DNA of 64,000 nucleotides from an uncultured Spirochaetota bacterium (lineage in GTDB: Bacteria; Spirochaetota; Spirochaetia; SZUA-6; Fen-1364): the NCBI GenBank assembly GCA_963781885.1, contig CAWAHW010000002.1, positions 1,184,001 through 1,248,000 of the forward strand, written 5' to 3'. The notes under the pieces were generated by a model, which searched no databases, was not told where the DNA came from, and saw nothing but the letters and a program-made list of their open reading frames with translations. This document shows, piece after piece, positions 62,264 to 64,000 of this stretch; the first letter of the stretch is position 1; every line of letters begins with the position of its first letter. A program made the position numbers and the translations under genes.

Positions 62264-63976
62264 ATGCAGCAAAACCGCTACAAATGGATAGCGCTTTCCA
62301 ACACGACGCTTGGTGTTCTCATGGCTTCCATCAACTCCTCGATCGTTCTTATCTCCCTGCCGGCCATCTTCCGCGGCATTAACATCGACCCGCTCATTCC
62401 AGAGAATGTCAGCTATCTGCTCTGGATGCTCATGGGCTACATGCTGGTGACCGCAGTACTCGTGGTGAGCCTTGGTCGAGTCGGTGATATGTACGGCCGG
62501 GTGAGAATGTACAATCTCGGTTTTGCAATTTTCACAGTGGCGTCGCTCTGCCTGTCGTTTGTATTCTGGCAGGGACCGTCGGCCGCCATGACCTTGATCG
62601 GACTTCGCATTGTCCAAGGCGTCGGGGGAGCCTTTCTCATGGCGAACTCGGCTGCGATCCTCACCGACGCCTTTCCGCTGGATCAGAGAGGAATGGCCCT
62701 TGGCATCAATTCGGTGGCGGGGATCTCGGGTTCTTTTATCGGCCTCGTTGTCGGAGGGCTGCTTTCCATCGGCAACTGGCATCTGATTTTCCTGGTGACC
62801 GTGCCTATTGGAATTGCGGGTACGATATGGGCCTATCTGAGCTTACGGGAAATCGGGGTCATGCGGCGGGCACGCATCGACTGGTGGGGAAACCTCACCT
62901 TCGGTCTTGGCCTTGTTGCGCTTCTGGTCGGCATCACCTACGGCATTCAACCCTACGGGACGCGGAGCATGGGCTGGCTCAACCCCATGGTTCTCGCAGC
63001 GATGCTGGGAGGCGTCATTCTGCTGGTCGTTTTCTGTTTCATCGAAACGCGCGTGGCCGAGCCGATGTTTCGAATGGGGCTCTTCCGGGTGCCTGCATTC
63101 AGCGCCGGCAATCTGGCCGGCCTCCTGGCTTCCATCGGCCGAGGCGGATTAATGTTCATGTTGATCATCTGGCTCCAGGGGATCTGGCTTCCCTATCACG
63201 GATACAGCTTCGAATCCACCCCGCTCTGGGCGGCGATCTACATGCTCCCGATGACCGCTGGTTTCCTCATTGCCGGACCGCTTTCAGGCTATCTTTCTGA
63301 TCGCTTTGGCGCACGACCTTTCGCCACCGGTGGCATGCTTCTTGCGGCGGTCACTTTTGCGCTCATGATGCTTTTGCCGCCCAACTTCAGTTACGCGCCA
63401 TTTGGCCTGCTTCTGCTGGCGAACGGCCTCGCCATGGGACTCTTCACCTCTCCGAACACGGCAGGGATCATGAACTCGGTGCCGCCGGGAGAGCGGGGAG
63501 TTGCATCGGGGATGCGGGCAACTTTTCAAAACGCCGCTATGAGTCTCTCGATTGGGCTTTTTTTCTCCCTGATGATCGCTGGTTTGAGCGCTTCGTTCCC
63601 CGCAACACTCCTTCGCGGACTCACAGCTCAAGGAGTGCCGGACTCGGTGGCCAACAGGGTCGCCCACCTCCCTCCGGTGGGAAGCCTCTTTGCGGCCTTT
63701 CTGGGATATAACCCGATGCAATCGCTCCTGGGTTCAACGCTCGAGCACCTTTCGCCGGAACGTGCCGCATTTCTCACGGGCAAGACTTTTTTCCCTGACC
63801 TCATCTCGGGGCCCTTCATGCAAGGGATGCATATCACCTTTCTCTTTTCGCTTGTAATGATGCTTGTGGCGGCGGGAGCCTCGTGGCTGAGAGGGAAGCG
63901 ATACGTCTACGATGAGGTGGGGCCGACTGCGGCGCACGAACAGACACTGAACCCCGCAGGGCCAGGGAAACAATAG
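62264..63976 (+). CDS. MFS transporter, DHA2 (14-TM) type
   Basis: [41 protein letters not shown] at 62264. Confidence 0.92.
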   Translation: MQQNRYKWIALSNTTLGVLMASINSSIVLISLPAIFRGINIDPLIPENVSYLLWMLMGYMLVTAVLVVSLGRVGDMYGRVRMYNLGFAIFTVASLCLSFVFWQGPSAAMTLIGLRIVQGVGGAFLMANSAAILTDAFPLDQRGMALGINSVAGISGSFIGLVVGGLLSIGNWHLIFLVTVPIGIAGTIWAYLSLREIGVMRRARIDWWGNLTFGLGLVALLVGITYGIQPYGTRSMGWLNPMVLAAMLGGVILLVVFCFIETRVAEPMFRMGLFRVPAFSAGNLAGLLASIGRGGLMFMLIIWLQGIWLPYHGYSFESTPLWAAIYMLPMTAGFLIAGPLSGYLSDRFGARPFATGGMLLAAVTFALMMLLPPNFSYAPFGLLLLANGLAMGLFTSPNTAGIMNSVPPGERGVASGMRATFQNAAMSLSIGLFFSLMIAGLSASFPATLLRGLTAQGVPDSVANRVAHLPPVGSLFAAFLGYNPMQSLLGSTLEHLSPERAAFLTGKTFFPDLISGPFMQGMHITFLFSLVMMLVAAGASWLRGKRYVYDEVGPTAAHEQTLNPAGPGKQ

Positions 63977-64000
63977 AAGATCAGGGTAATGCCGGCGCTG

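Overview
A GC-rich bacterial chromosomal window; the gene styles suggest a free-living spirochaete, but that is inference. 1-13.6 kb is housekeeping: carAB, gpsA, ald, a stand-alone DnaE2-like polymerase whose promoter and start codon lie under a perfect 16-bp inverted repeat, and tRNA-Val. 13.7-25.4 kb is catabolic: a LacI-controlled sugar ABC/ASRT/M24 unit, GH127, YfcC, a URO-D-like gene and an SDR. 25.8-29.8 kb holds an orphan outer-membrane barrel and a Rieske-less cytochrome b trio with a structured 5' leader. 30-42 kb is a lipid/CoA cluster with a Liv-type ABC transporter and a tandem TetR. A decayed two-component/HD-GYP pair follows. About 46.4-60.8 kb is an accessory island scarred by three IS left-end remnants. 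The island is the best candidate for an undescribed system: MerR-VWA, an RyR-TPR-SLOG-class III cyclase, a TIR-pseudokinase fusion, a HEAT protein and a TPR-DUF4062-NACHT-TPR NLR-like protein, together suggesting a nucleotide-signal immune relay. Many genes carry single-base frameshifts, probably assembly indels. All calls were made by eye, without database searches.
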